Part shown: positions 1-15,050 of the stretch, piece by piece
How positions within the stretch are numbered: position 1 is the first letter of the stretch
How the letters are laid out: each line of letters opens with the position of its first letter
DNA from: Chrysomallon squamiferum
Taxonomy: Eukaryota; Animalia; Mollusca
DNA length: 64,000 nt
NCBI GenBank assembly: GCA_012295275.1
Contig: CM022676.1
Span: forward strand, 10,230,001 to 10,294,000
Direction of reading: 5' to 3'
Translations under genes and position numbers: made by a program
The notes under the pieces: generated by a model
What the model was told of the DNA's origin: nothing
What the model saw: only the letters and a program-made list of their open reading frames with translations
Databases searched by the model: none

Positions 1-1462
1 TGGCCGATAAGTGAAAACGTCACCTGCACGATACAAATGAAGATAAAGAAACTGTTGCGAAGATAAAATGAAAAAAAAAAAAGAACAAAAAGTAAGAACA
101 ACAACAACAACAACAAAAATAACCTCTTATCAAAAAATTTCGCCAGTGGTACACAACTATAAGCAAAATGTACTCGTTTCTCGTCAAAGGCGCCGAGAAC
201 AATAATCTGCAAGTTGCCTTTCTCGATTACAAGAACGATTAGATAAATAAATAAATAAAAGCAACATCTACAACAAACAAACGAAAAATAATAATAATAA
301 CTATAACTACTTACTATTATTACTTTTTTCTACTGCTACTACTATTATTATTGTTATTATTATTATTATTACTACTGTTACTACTTCTGTTCCTACCATT
401 ATTTAATTATCTATCTTATTTATTTTATTTTATTTTATTTTATTTTATTTATGTTTTTCTTCTTCTTATTAATCATGAAGTCGAATATTTTCTGGTGAAC
501 AGTTGATTACAAAAACATAATTTTATTACTAATAAAACCGCTTCTTAATTTACTTCTTTCTTGCTGACCTTTACTCTTTTTCACTGTCACTGTACTATAA
601 TTGTACTATCTTTAGCAGTAAGCAGATACGTATTATTTTCCTTTCTTTAACACCCATACAAAATTATAGAGCAGTTTATACAGTGCTGACTTGAACTTAA
701 TCGGCTTTTATTCCTTTCTCGGTAATTCCTCTAATAACCATGCGCACCACAAATGCCTTTCTAATAACTAATTATGTTTATTTGTTTGCATATGTATGTA
801 TACAATTATGTCTCCTTGTCTGTCTGGACGTATCTAAATATCTTAAATTCCATTCATATTTGAAGCTTGCTTAACGGTAATAAATAACAAATAATCGATT
901 AAGTTTGATAAACAAGAAAAGAAAAGTGGAAGTGTTTTTGAATTACGTTACGTTGAATTAATTTAATTTTTTGCTACTACCACTTCTGCTGCTAGTACTG
1001 TCGCTTCAGTCATATATAATTTTTAAATTATTTTTACGTCTATTAATAAACCTAATAACAGCAACACAACAATACTATTTTTATTACTATTTAATATATA
1101 ATAATAATAAAATAACAACGATAATAATAATAATAATAATAATATTATTAATAATAATAATAATATTATTATTATTATTTATTATTACTATTATTTAAGA
1201 AATAAAAACAGCTTTAACTAGTGTATATACGGTAATAATAGAGTTCTTTCAAACTGATATTTCATTTAGTTCCCGCCAAACAAACAAAAATAATAATAAT
1301 AATACTGTTGAAATCCAAATTAGTAGCCTGCTAACCGGTCTATTTGATGAAATAATTTGTTTGTGTAAATTACGCGGTGTTCCTCGAAAAAACACAAACA
1401 AGCTATTTTTCTAAGTCTGCTACTGACCCAGATCAAAAGAGACTTCGTCAGCGCATAATCAG

Positions 1463-1983
1463 AAAGGTCACGTCAATTAATAGGTCGATCAATGTCGGAC
1501 AAACATTTGAAACCCCTGCTGGATGCCTGGCACGTTTTAACATGCGACAAGCAGCAGAAACTCAATTAATTTATGACGTCACTGATAAATCCCGCAATCG
1601 TTTCAGTTAATACCTTAATTTGGGGTTATTTTGTTTGTTGTTTAAAGCCCATACAAAATTTCAAGCAGTTTATACAACGCTGTTTTAATGTAATCGGCTG
1701 CCCCCTCCCGGTTTTCGACATTGCCACAGAAAACACGCCACCCCCCCAAAAAAACCATGCATGTAAAGGATTTTTTTTATTTTTTATTTTAATAAATGAT
1801 AAATGTATATTTGTGCGTATATGTTCATGTGTGCAACTGACTCACATCACGAGACGATGTGGTTTAATTTGTCTGCGCGTAAGTACACAAAGATCACGGG
1901 GGTTAATAGGTCGATCAGTGTCAAGAACTTGAAACCACTGCTGGACGCCGGACGCGTTTTGACATGTGACAAGTTGCAGACGA
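1463..1983 (+). repeat. Diverged ~95-bp direct repeat pair (1463-1561 and 1890-1983)
   Basis: Shared ttaataggtcgatca.tgtc, ttgaaacc.ctgctgga.gcc.g...cgtttt.acatg.gacaag..gcaga. Confidence 0.8.
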
Positions 1984-2165
1984 CAGAGAAAAATAATTAT
2001 TGTGTTTTGCTGCTTGAAAGAATATTGAGAAATATTAGAAATGACGTTAAATATCTATTTTTTTGATTACTGGTGCATGTGTACCGTGTGGCTATTTCTA
2101 GATGTTCTAGATAGATAGATAGATAGATAGACATATATTCATACATCCGAACACATACACAGACA

Positions 2166-2214
<49 letters not shown>

Positions 2215-2676
2215 AAAGTATTGCAAATAAAACAAACGAAAACCGATTACCACACTGGTGGTTAGTTTATTAAATATAAATGCGAATATTACGATTTCTT
2301 TTCCCTTATCGTCAAAACATCTAGCCATTTATCTCCTACTGCTCTTTTTCCTGTTCGACAATTTGTCATTTTAATGTTCGTTGTAGCTTTCAGTTGTAGC
2401 TTTTTAAAAAAAATATCTCAGATAATTTGTATTAGATTTTTAATCAGATTCCTAAAAGAACGTGCGATTAATGTCCGACTCGTGGAAAAAAAAACCTACA
2501 AAAACCGGACGTCTGGAATCATACGTGTGCACCAGACACTTCAGGGTAAAAGAGAAACTGGCAACTGCGTTGGTAAATATACACACAAACATACACGCAC
2601 ACACGCGCGCGCGCCTACACACAGCTTTCGTTTTGACATTGATAATCTTGCGCATGTTACTGTATTATCACGATGA

Positions 2677-2727
<51 letters not shown>

Positions 2728-3198
2728 GGTGATGATGAGAGGATCGAAAATCATGAAACAGATAGGCATATATATCTGTATATAGAAACACATAAACACT
2801 GTTACATAACTGGACTGACGCATATATATGTAAATAAAATACATATATAAATATATACAAAAACATACGTCATGGCATATAAAAACATATATACATGCAT
2901 GCATACATATATTTATATATATACATACATATATATATATACATACATATATATACAAACAACATACATAAACGCATATAAAAACACACATACATTACAC
3001 ACACACACACATATTAACAATTAAATATTTAAATTTTATAGCCAAAAAACCACAACAACCCCTCCCACCCCCCTAATAAAAATCTTCGTATAAATTTTCT
3101 TCCTACTCTCATTCTTACCTTTCTTCCATTACGGTCATTTAATTTTCTTAATATTTTTTTAATGTCTTGTTCTGATCAGTGACGAAAATTTAATAATC

Positions 3199-3229
<31 letters not shown>

Positions 3230-3673
3230 GAAGAAAAAAAGAAATAAGATTTAAAGCCCGTGTTTATCGTGCGTAACATATATTAAGTATTAATCGTCAT
3301 GATGATCTGTACGAGACAGCGACGTAAACTATACTGCAGAGCACGGTCTGACATTTTAATAAAAGTCACAGGCAAGGTGTTACTTCGGTTCAGCAGTTAA
3401 GGGTATAAAAGTTATTTCACATCAACAACGACGACATTGAAACGTGACTTAAAAAAAAAAAAAAAAAAAAAAAAACGACAACACTCGTAACCTCACAGCT
3501 CGAGAATGAAAGTCTTGTATAATTAATTATTATCACGAAAAGTAATTTTTATTTTTTATTTTTTATTATTATTTTATTTTATTTTATTTTATTTTATTTT
3601 ATTTTATTTTATTTTATTTATCTATCTACTTATTTTATAAAATATAAGGCCTGGTATACATAGCATTAGAGGG

Positions 3674-3710
<37 letters not shown>

Positions 3711-4316
3711 GTAATAATAATAATAAATAAATAAATAAATAAAATAAAAATACTTGCTTAGCGTCCACCCCTTTCAGTTTTTCCGGGGAATGAAATAGAT
3801 TTTTGATTATAATTATATGTATTTTCCATCAAAAATTTTGACTGCAAAGAAAGAATGAAATTAACCATGGTATTAATGGTCAGCATGCGTAATAGGAATA
3901 TACAAAAGCTCATAAAGATTTTCTAGCTAGACATTGTACAATAAAATATTAAAATTGCTATAAAATTAAATGAAATGACAACTACGTCCAATTTTACATT
4001 TGTGATCATGATGAAAATGTGTTGGTGCTCCTGAAATCCCTTTAAAAGACCGTAACAAGTGTTTTAACATTTTTTCCGAAGAAATTTAATTTAATTTAAT
4101 TTAATTTAATTTATTTCGGGAAGGGCATTAAAACGAATGTTTTTTATTTATATAAATGTTTATTTATTTATTCATGTATTGTTTTATTTATTTATTTATA
4201 TTTATTTATAGATCTGGACTTAGTTTATGATAGCCATTAGAATTATATTTATTCAGTTGCTTACGAATTTATGATGTGCACACAAATGCATACAGTCGTT
4301 ATAAATACATATTGCT

Positions 4317-4350
<34 letters not shown>

Positions 4351-4469
4351 TACATACATACATACATATTGCTTATATATATAAATATATACATGTATAT
4401 ATATATACACACAAATACATATATGTGTGCGTGTCTATATATATATATATATAGATAGATAGATAGATT

Positions 4470-4502
<33 letters not shown>

Positions 4503-5353
4503 CAGACAGGTAAATATATATAATTATATGGCTACTCAGTATTTGAGCGGTATGTGTGTGTGTGTGTGTATATATAATTATATGGCTACTCAGTAATTGA
4601 GTGGTATCGTACACTCCGATCTTGACAAAGTCGTCTGTAATCCTCGTGATCAAACCTCAGAGTTGTGTTTCTTCACTGTGTGTCGTCTGCGTGCAGTCTA
4701 GTCAGACGACAGAACTCAAGCATGTTAGTAAGTAAATAAATAAATGCAATAATAATAATAATAACAACAACAACAACAACAGTAATAATAATATATTACA
4801 GTTCTATACTATTGGGTCTACTGGTACTACTACTACTACTACTACTACTAATAATAATAATAACAACAGTAAAAATAATAATAAGAAGAAGAATAATAAC
4901 AATAACAACAACAGTAATAATAACAACAACGACAGTTTTAATAATAATAATTATTATAATAATAACAACAACAACAGTATTAATAATATATTACAATTCT
5001 ATACTACTGGGTCTACTAGTATTGCTACTAATACTAAAAATAATACTAATATGAAGAAGAACAGAAAAAAGTTTAGAAAAAAACTACACAGATAACAAAA
5101 TAATAAATAAAAATAAATATAATTATATGTGTGTGTGTGTGTGTATGCATAATGACTGTTATTATTATTATTATTGTTATTATTATTATTATTATCTTGC
5201 ATAAGGCACATTAATAGAAATGTACCTAACCTCAGAGGGGGGTAATCAGCTGATCACATGTACAGAACGTGTATATGAGGTGACCAGGGTGGGGGACAAA
5301 ACAAAAATGTCCTAAATATTTTAATGAACACTCCACTCCGTTTTTATAAAGCT

Positions 5354-5388
<35 letters not shown>

Positions 5389-6731
5389 ATAGTAAGACAC
5401 AAAGAAAAGGGTGTTTTGTTTATTGCGGCATTTTAAATCTTAATTGTAACAAAATATTTCTATAATTAATCATACGAAGTATTGAATTTACGTTCAAAAG
5501 GACTGGATTCTTTGTTTGAATCGTCTTCATTTCTCAGCGTAAACATTCTGCCGTTTTAAGGTTCGTTGCTTTCTAGAATTATCTCTCCAATCTGTATGTC
5601 GCCCTGCTTCGGATGACGGACTCATACGTCATCAATAGACGTCACAATGCCACACTAAGTGAACCGCAACAATGGACCTTCAAGAGGAATACTTTTAAGA
5701 CAGGTGTTTTAATTTAATTAGTGTTTGTTGAACAAAAAAGAAAAAAAGAAAGAGAGATAACGGGTATTCTCGTGGCTCAGATGATGATGTTGTCGTTGTC
5801 GTTGTTATAACTGTACTGTTGTTGTTTTTTTGTTATGTTGTTGTTGTTGGTGGTGGTGGTGTTACTGTATTGTTGTTTTTGTTTAGTTATTATTTAATTG
5901 TTGTTCTTATTCATTTCAATTTGTAACTTATTGTGTCTTATTACTGTAGCGGTTGTAGTTATATTTGTTTTGTTATTCATTTTTTCATTTATTTATTTTA
6001 TTTTATTTTATATGATGATGACGATGATAATGATAGTAAAGAAAGTATATCAGAAAAAAATTTAAAATTAAATTAATGAATGAATAAATGAACGAATGAA
6101 TAAATAAATAAATAAAAATAAAATATAATATAATAAAGTAAAGTAAAAATAAGTTGAAACAAATTCAACAGAACTTACAAACAATGGACACCAAACTAAA
6201 AAAAAAAAAACCGCCCCATTATTTTTAATACCTTGGAATGATTAGTGACGTAAAAATTAAGAATTTCGAAGTTCGTCATCTTGTACAGTATTATTTTAAA
6301 ATTAAAGTGAGTTTAATCAGAAAGAAAAAAGTTAATTATACGAATAAAAAGATACGCATCTATGGGGGAAGAGAGAGAGAGAGAGAGAGGTTAGAAAAAA
6401 ACAACAAAAAAACCAAACAACTAAATTGATTTTTTTTTTTTTTTTTTTACTATAATTCAGAATTTATGGAATACCAATATTTTACAATGGTTAATACCAA
6501 TAAATCGAAATCTTGCGGAACAAAATCCTTCCTGTTTTGGAACATTTTTTTGTTTGTTTGTTTCATCAACCTTTCGTTTTAAAAATTAATACGCGTGCAA
6601 TGCTAGCTCGGTGCACTATGATTTCACGTGTTGTTACTGGAAACGATTGTATCTCACAGTTCTGCTTCTGTAAGATACAATGTACTATTGATGTTCAGAA
6701 TTTTGACGTACCCATGTCATTTTATTAAAAA

Positions 6732-6735
<4 letters not shown>

Positions 6736-6784
<49 letters not shown>

Positions 6785-7114
6785 GAGACACAGAGACAGA
6801 GACAGACACACAGAGAGAAAGAGAGACAGAGAGAGACACACAGAGACAGAGAGAGACAGAGAGAGACAGAGAGACACATACAGAGAGACAGAGAGAGAGA
6901 AAGAAAGAGACATAGATGACAGACAGAGAGAGAAGGAGTGAGAGACACAGAGAGAGAAGGAATGAGAGAGACAGAGAGAGAGAGAGAGAAGGAGAGAGAG
7001 AGAGAGAAAGATAGTGTGCGAGACAGAGAGACACACACAGACAGAGAGACAGAGACAGACTCAGAGAGACACAGAAAGAGAGACACAGAGACAGCGAGAG
7101 ACATAGTGTGCGAA

Positions 7115-7187
<73 letters not shown>
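6736..7187. repeat. Compound (AG)n/(AGAC)n microsatellite
   Basis: Directly visible; source of the SL/ER-repeat ORFs. Confidence 0.95.
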
Positions 7188-7189
<2 letters not shown>

Positions 7190-8533
7190 AAACTAAGTAT
7201 AAAAGAATATAAAACGTAACACGAGCTTTCTACGTTTACACACAAAACAGCTGGTGTACATTTTATAGCTGTTTTAATCTGCACAACAACACAACTCAGC
7301 TACAAAAGTCAGTCACTGCATAAAGTAATAAATATCCCTTTATTGGATCTCAAAGACTGATTTTATTCTTAATATCTGCGTGTCTATGTATGTATATATG
7401 TATGTATGTATGTATGTGTCTGTGTATATATGTATTATGTATGTATGTATGTATGTATTATGTATATATGTATGTATGTATGTATGTATATATATGTGTG
7501 TGTATGTGTATCTATGTATTTATGTAAGTATGTGTGTGTGTTTGTATCTGTCTGTCTGTATGTTTGTTAATGTACGTTTGTGCGTACCCGTATCGAAACG
7601 GGAAACTTCTTTCGTAACACTGACGGCCTGCCTGTTCTGTGTCATACAACACTTTACAGCGAGTGTTGATTAAAAAGGTGCACAGAACATTCATTTTTAA
7701 ACGAGTGTCATCGAGTTCGAATCCCGGTGAAGCAGTTTTTGTCTTTTTACCCTTTCTTTTAAAACAGAAATGTTTTTACAATGATTGAGTGGCACAGAAA
7801 CCAAGTCTCTCTCTCTGTCAATAATGAAAGTTAAACACGGAATCTTGATTGCGTAATTTAAATAATGGATTAATACAGGTGTGATTGATGTTTTTCGTTT
7901 GTCTGTCTGTCTGTACATATAAAACTATGCACCTATATATCCGTATTCTGTCTTTCTACTAGTTAACTGATAAATGACTTTAAATATATCTGTCTATATA
8001 TATGAATATTTATATATTACATATAAATATATTTACTCATTATATAGCTTTAATATTATCTTTAAATGTTTTTACGCATTACATATAAATATCATTAAGT
8101 GCAATACAAGAATGATTTTACATATTATGTCTAAATATATCTACGTCTTTATTTAAAATGTCGGTATATATTACTTTACATTTTACATATAAAAGTCAAT
8201 ATGCATATATTGTACCTACGGTGTACAATACATCATATACTATTACTAATATTTTACCTTATAATAAATATTTTATAACATGAATCTATTTCTGAATTTT
8301 TACAATATTGTTATTACGTCGTAATGTTTACGTATAATAACTAATAGATATTGTATTATATATGGATATGCAGTTTAATGCATTGTTCCTATAAACTGGT
8401 GACAGAGATGAAAGAGTATACGATTACAGTGTCATCCATCATCGAAGATAATTAAATATCAATGAATTAGTCTGTGTAATATGATTATAGATAAAGGTGC
8501 TGTAATACTGGATAACTTTTGGTAACAATTTAT

Positions 8534-8638
<105 letters not shown>

Positions 8639-8884
8639 GTGTACGTACGTGAATCTGTATGTATGTGTGTTTATATATATGCATGCATGCATACCTCTAA
8701 GTATGTTAATATGTGTGTTTATGTGTGTTTGCGCGCACGTGTATATGTGTATGTGTGCGCGTGTGTTGAAATGGAAACAATTTTTTTTAACGTCGATTGA
8801 TTTTATTGCTGATGTTTATTATAATTTATTATTATTATTATTGTTATTTTATTATTATCATTATTATAATTATTATTATTATTA

Positions 8885-8923
<39 letters not shown>

Positions 8924-9223
8924 ACAGAACGTGTATTAAGGGACGGATGATCATTTCTTGTCAGGTTCTCTGAGTACCACTTTACGTAAATCTTGTTAAT
9001 TAAAAATAATAAACTATTTTCTGTTGTTTCAGTAGACGTTTAATAATGTTACTTTAACTTTATTTGTTTTTGTTATGTTTTACGTATTCCCGTAGAAAAA
9101 GAAAAAGAACTGGAGAGAGAAATAAATAATTAGACAGAGACACACACACACACACACAAACACATATGTATATATATATCGTGATAGATTAGATAGACAG
9201 TAATGTACAGAGACACTTATCTA

Positions 9224-9319
<96 letters not shown>

Positions 9320-9487
9320 TACGGAAGCGAGACGAACAGAAAGATAAAAAAAAAAAAAAATCATTAAACAATAATAAAGTAAAAAAAAAGAAACGAAAGA
9401 AGGAGAGAGAGAGAAAAACGAAGCAAAAATATCGAGATTCATTTTCAAATTGTCAGCACAAAACAAACTAATCTAAAAATAGTTCAA

Positions 9488-9520
9488 GCGCGCGCGTATT
9501 TCAAAATGGCGGCGACGTCT
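9488..9520 (+). promoter_or_regulatory. Candidate promoter: GCGCGCGC tract plus YY1-type CAAAATGGCGGC motif
   Basis: gcgcgcgcgtatttcaaaatggcggcgacgtc followed by a strong donor gag|gtaagt-type site at 9720. Motif match only. Confidence 0.4.
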
Positions 9521-9889
9521 CTGTTTAATAATGATCTAAGGTCATGACAACGCAATTTTTCTCTGTCCTAAAAATATCTATATATATATATTTTTGTTTT
9601 TTAAAACAATATTGATCGGACAGCATTTATTGATAATTTTGTTGTTACCGTCACGGATCACCGTTTCTGGATTACAGCAACAAGATTCTGAAATGCTTGG
9701 ATGAACACGATGAAAGAGGGTAAGTAAACAGTTGTAATTTATTTATAATTATCAGATCGGCTGGGGGTCTCGGCAAAAATGTCTTTTCAGAGGATAATGA
9801 TCCCTTGTTTTTTTAATCTTTTGTTTTTAATTTTATGTATGCAGATATGTCTTTTATTTATTTTATTATTTTCTTTTTGTTGCTGCTGC

Positions 9890-9920
<31 letters not shown>

Positions 9921-10488
9921 AATACTCTTCTTCTTCTTCTTCTTCTTCTTATTGTTATTATTGTAGTAGTAGAAGAAGAAAAGAGAGAAATGTTGTCATC
10001 TCATGAATTTTTTTTTTTTAAACATTAAATGACAAAATAATTATATAACAAATAAAACAAATACGAATGTATATATATATATATATATATATAATAAATA
10101 GTTATTAAATGAATAATAAAAAAAGGAATGCATAAAATAATAATAATAATAACAATTAACAATTAAAAAAATGCAGTAAAATAAATATTAAAAATCAATA
10201 AATTTAAAATTCAGGAAAAATGAATTTAAGTAAAAAAAAAAATACGGAAATAAAATCTTTTCTGCATCAGTAAACAAATAAGTAAAAAAAAATGTTTATT
10301 TTATGCTTCAATGCATAAACAAACACACAAGCAATGGTAATGAATCATGCTTCATTGGCTAAGTTAAATAGGTATAAGTCAATAGTAATCAATAAATGAT
10401 AAGTGTAGAAAACACAACATCATAAAGAGATTCCATCTACTGTTTATTTGCTTACGTTGTACATTTGACAAGTTAACAACAAAATTGA

Positions 10489-10547
<59 letters not shown>

Positions 10548-11347
10548 TATTGAAAAAAAAAAAAAAAAAAAAATTAATAATAATAATGATGATGATGTGA
10601 TGATAATTTCTAAACTGCTTTGCTTTTATTAACCATATTTCTCTCTCTCTCTCTCAGGACTAACAGTTACAACAACAGCAGCAGCAACAATAACAACAAC
10701 AACAGTAATAACTTCAACAACGAAAAAACGAACAGCTTTAACAATAGTAATAACTAGTAAGAATAAAAGTAATAACATTAACAAAAACAAAAACATTTAT
10801 AATAGGAATAACCCAACGACTGTAACAACCATCAGGGACAGCTTCATAGTATTTTATGACCCAGGCAAAGTTAATACTTGCATATCCCCGCCCAAAAAAA
10901 AAAATAAAAAAAATAAAAAATAAAAAAATAAAAAATAAAAAATAAAAAATAAATGAAAAAAAATCACAAAATCCACAACAAACACACAATTATACAAACA
11001 AACAAACAAACAAACAAATAAATAAATAAATAAAACATTGAAAAAAAAAAACAATAAATAAAAACAACAAGAATTTTTATTAATAATTTGTAGGGAAAAA
11101 AAACCCAAAAAGGATGAAGCTCAAAAGCGTAAAGTATATTTTAAATTGCACGGACGAGTATCATGCCAACATCATCAACATGAATGGGATATTATTCTCT
11201 GTTAATGTGGCAGTGGATCTGATATCTCACGAATTTGATTTAATGGACTATCGCTTAAAAATATGTGACAAAACTGTTTTAAGTTTAACCGTACTGAAAA
11301 CAATAAACATGGGATATGAACTAATATGAACTGTCGGCTACTGTTAC

Positions 11348-11401
<54 letters not shown>

Positions 11402-11489
11402 CATTATTATTATATTAAACAAGAATTTGAATAAAAATTGTGACCCTTAAAAGTCAGCCATATCACTGACTCCTTGCGGATGGTTAAAT

Positions 11490-11787
11490 CGGTCATAGTC
11501 AAACTGCGGCCCGCGCGGGTTTCTGAGTGGCCCGTCTAATTTCACAAGTAAAATAACGTTAATTCAAATTTTATCAAATGAGTCTATTTTGTACCTACTA
11601 ATGTACTAAAATATATGTAATTTTGTTTTTCATTATAACAGTTCATGAAGTAAATGAAAATGAAAAATTTCTTAAAATAAACTCTACGTAAAAACACAGA
11701 ATCGACTAAATTAGTAACTGCGGCCCGCCTGAGGATGAGTCATGACTCATGTGGCCCACTTCTCGAAAAAAGGTTTGGACATGCCTG
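11490..11787. mobile_element. hAT (Charlie-like) MITE
   Basis: Ends cggtcatagtcaaactgcggcccgc ... aggtttggacatgcctg; repeated (g/t)ggccc subterminal motifs; right flank gcctagat fits the nnCTAGAn target preference, and the TSD is degenerate. Confidence 0.6.
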
Positions 11788-12920
11788 GCCTAGATGGTCC
11801 AACGATAGCGTTAGCAACAACAGCAGCAACAACAACAACAATAAGAAGAAGAAGAAAGAAAGAAAGAAAAAAAAAAAAGATAGAAAGAAAAAAAAGAAAA
11901 AAAAACCAAAAAAAAGAAGAAAAAAGAACCCAACAGCAACAAAAAACAAAAACAAAAGCAAGGTTAGTGCTCTGAAGGTCAATCTATTTTTATTAACAAG
12001 TACCGAGTCAAAATGGCGACCTTGTTCCATTATTCGGTCGTGCCAGTACAGATTCCTGACCTCAGAGATCAGCCTTGAGGTTAAACATGACGTCGAATCT
12101 TCAGTCAAAAGGGGTACTTAGTCACGGACTATAAAAGCGAAAGAAAAGAACAAAATTTAAAAGAAATACGCAAATGTGTTTAATACGTTTAGAGATTATC
12201 TCCCTTTATCATCGCGTTGCTAACAACAAACAAACAAAAAAACATGAAATAGTTCAGATGTTTTTGGAATTTGATTTCGGACAAGAACCCAATGGTGCAA
12301 ACAGGACAAGAAGAACAAAAAGGTTTTTGAATGCGTGCCAGTCACTCGGGTTGCTGCACTTGGAACCTAAACAAATCCTGTCAAAGATCGTAGTCGATTA
12401 CGGACTTATGTCAGCGAATTTTCTAGAACTGAAACTCGTCTGCCGAGCTAGTATCGAAGGTTATTACCGAACCATGAATATTTATTTATTAATTAATTTA
12501 TTGATTTATTTATTATCACCATCGTTAGCTTCGACATCATCATTATAATGAACATATTTAATTTCTTCTTCTTCTTCTTCTTCTTCTTTTTCTTTTTCTT
12601 CTTCTTCTTCTTCTTCTTCTTCTTCTTCTTCTTTTCTTCTTCTTCTTCTTCTTCTTCTTCTTCTTCTTCTTCTTCTTCTTCTTCTTCTTCGTTACTTTCA
12701 AAGCTGCTTATTTTGATCTTCGTTTATTTGAGTCGTAATGCGACCCTGCAGCGCATGTATATACCTTCGGGTCTTGTAACTGGTGAATTTTAAGTCAAAT
12801 CCTAATGCACACTTAAACGAAATTGGGAACGGGATGCTGGTACGAGTACATTTCAAAAGGAACAAATACAGTCTGCACGCGCTAGTTCTGAGCAGACCCG
12901 ACTGGTTCTGTTTTGCGACG

Positions 12921-13008
12921 ATTTGCGCCGATTTTAAAATTTAGTAAAAATGTATGAAATATATGTATATTTCATACATTTTTGCTTAATTTTAAAATCG
13001 GCGCAAAT
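12921..13008. repeat. Near-perfect 88-bp palindrome (43-bp arms, 2 mismatches)
   Basis: atttgcgccgattttaaaatttagtaaaaatgtatgaaatata TG tatatttcatacatttttgcttaattttaaaatcggcgcaaat. Confidence 0.92.
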
Positions 13009-13076
13009 TATATATAATAAGTAAATGAATAAATTAAAAAATTAAATAAATTAATTAATTTAAAAACTTCAAAATA

Positions 13077-13111
<35 letters not shown>

Positions 13112-15010
13112 ATGAGAAATACTTTAAAATAATTTATTTGTTTATTTATTTTTTATTTTTTGTAATTTTATTTTATTTTTGTTTTTTAAATTTAATTTTT
13201 TTTTGTTTTTTTTGTGCTAAAACGTAGCCTTAAACGTTGAACACAGTCAGATTTAAAATCTACATTCAGGCTCCGTCAACTTCGCCTCTCCTCAGTTCTC
13301 TTTACCTTAGTAAAAAAAAAACCTCTTACACCTGCTAAAACTCAACCTGAAGAATGTAGCAGAACTGATAACACTAACTGACTTTGTTAGGAGGAGTTGA
13401 CATGAAGCATCAGTTCCTTACTATCAAATTATTAAAGAAAAAAAAAAAAAAAAAATTAGAAAGAAAGAAAGAAAAACGCGATAAATAATTGTTGATTCTT
13501 TCTTCAACAAGCCAGCCAGGTCTTCATGTCTCCGTGTAAAACCCAGACGATTCACAGACTCTTTTTCGTCATCAGGAAATGACCTTCACCTTGGCCCGTC
13601 GTCAAGGAAGGCGTGTCCGAGGCTAAATTCAATCATGGCGACAGTAAAGTCGCATCCAGCGCCACTGTTCAGTAACACACACAACGGCGCTATGTATACA
13701 TACATTACACTGCACGCGGATTTCGGATGGAAACTCAGTTTTCAATCTTCTGCCCGACACCAATGACTGCTGATCTGTTTTTCGTGCAGGGTTATCGTTC
13801 GTTAAACATCCATTCGTTTCATTTCGTTTCGAACACAACACACTTCTCGGTGCAAACTTTATTACTGTATTAATGTAACATTTAAGACATTATTTGTCAT
13901 TTTATGTACATTTAATATGAAATTAAATATTTTACATTTTGAGAGGTAAAAAAAAAAAAAAAAATAGTTATATGGTTTAATAAAATAAAAGCAAAACATT
14001 TTTGGATGTATGAATGTATCACTGGGGGTTATATAACTAGGTTAATTTTACGTCGATTCGATTCAGTTTACGCAGTTACCATGGCAAAATCACCGGCGTA
14101 AAATAAGATATGGCTGTGTCTGCGTGCGTGGTGCGTGCGTACGTGCGTGCCTGCGGTTCTCTCTAGGTTAGCCATTAAGAAAAAAAGGATGATTGTCGAT
14201 AACCTAACAAATGAACTGTTACTTACACGTTTTAAACATGTCTATAGATACCTCAGTCTTCTCAAACTGATAAAGTCGTATCGAACAATAATGTCAACAC
14301 CAGATACTGATACAATTATCTGAAAAAATCATCCATTTTGCGCGAGTTTGACAACTCCTCGTTGTAACCTTTTATCTCCCAGTTTTAAATTCTTGTCCGC
14401 GTTTTAACGTCGGCCAAAATCTGCCATCGTTGAAACAACTTAGATGTAATGATATTGTAAACACGGTTTTCGATTACCTAATGCATAAAAAAAAAAAAAA
14501 AAAAAATCAAAAGATCAGTTTGATAATATTTACGGTGCAACCTTATCTAAAATTACCATGCACTACGTAAGTAACTATAGACATAAAATGCGGCTTGAAA
14601 AAGAAGAGAAACTAAATTAAGAAATAATAATACACATTCAAATAAAATAAAATAAAATAAAGAATTAAGAATAAAGAATAATAATAAAAAAAATAATAAT
14701 GAAATAAATAAATAAATAAATAAAACAAATATGCAAATAAACAAACAAGCAAATACTACTACTACTACTACTAATAATAATAATAATAAATAAAAAGAAT
14801 AATGTAGGTAGCGGTTTAAACACACACACACACACACACACAATCAAAAAAAATGTCTAAAATAAAATAAAATAAACAATCTGAGGTTAAAGAAAATAAG
14901 ATAAAAAAAAAAAAAAATAAAGCAAGTCACAACATGGTAGTATTAAGAAAAACGTCAAACATTTCTAAAAATTAAAACAATCCCAGTACATGCACTTATA
15001 ATAAACAAAA

Positions 15011-15050
<40 letters not shown>

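Noticed and set aside
6685-7284. Long SL/ER-repeat ORFs (up to 199 aa), and similar ones at 8439-8939, 9189-9466 and 16378-16710
   Set aside because: Translations of (AG)n/(CT)n microsatellites; no coding signal.
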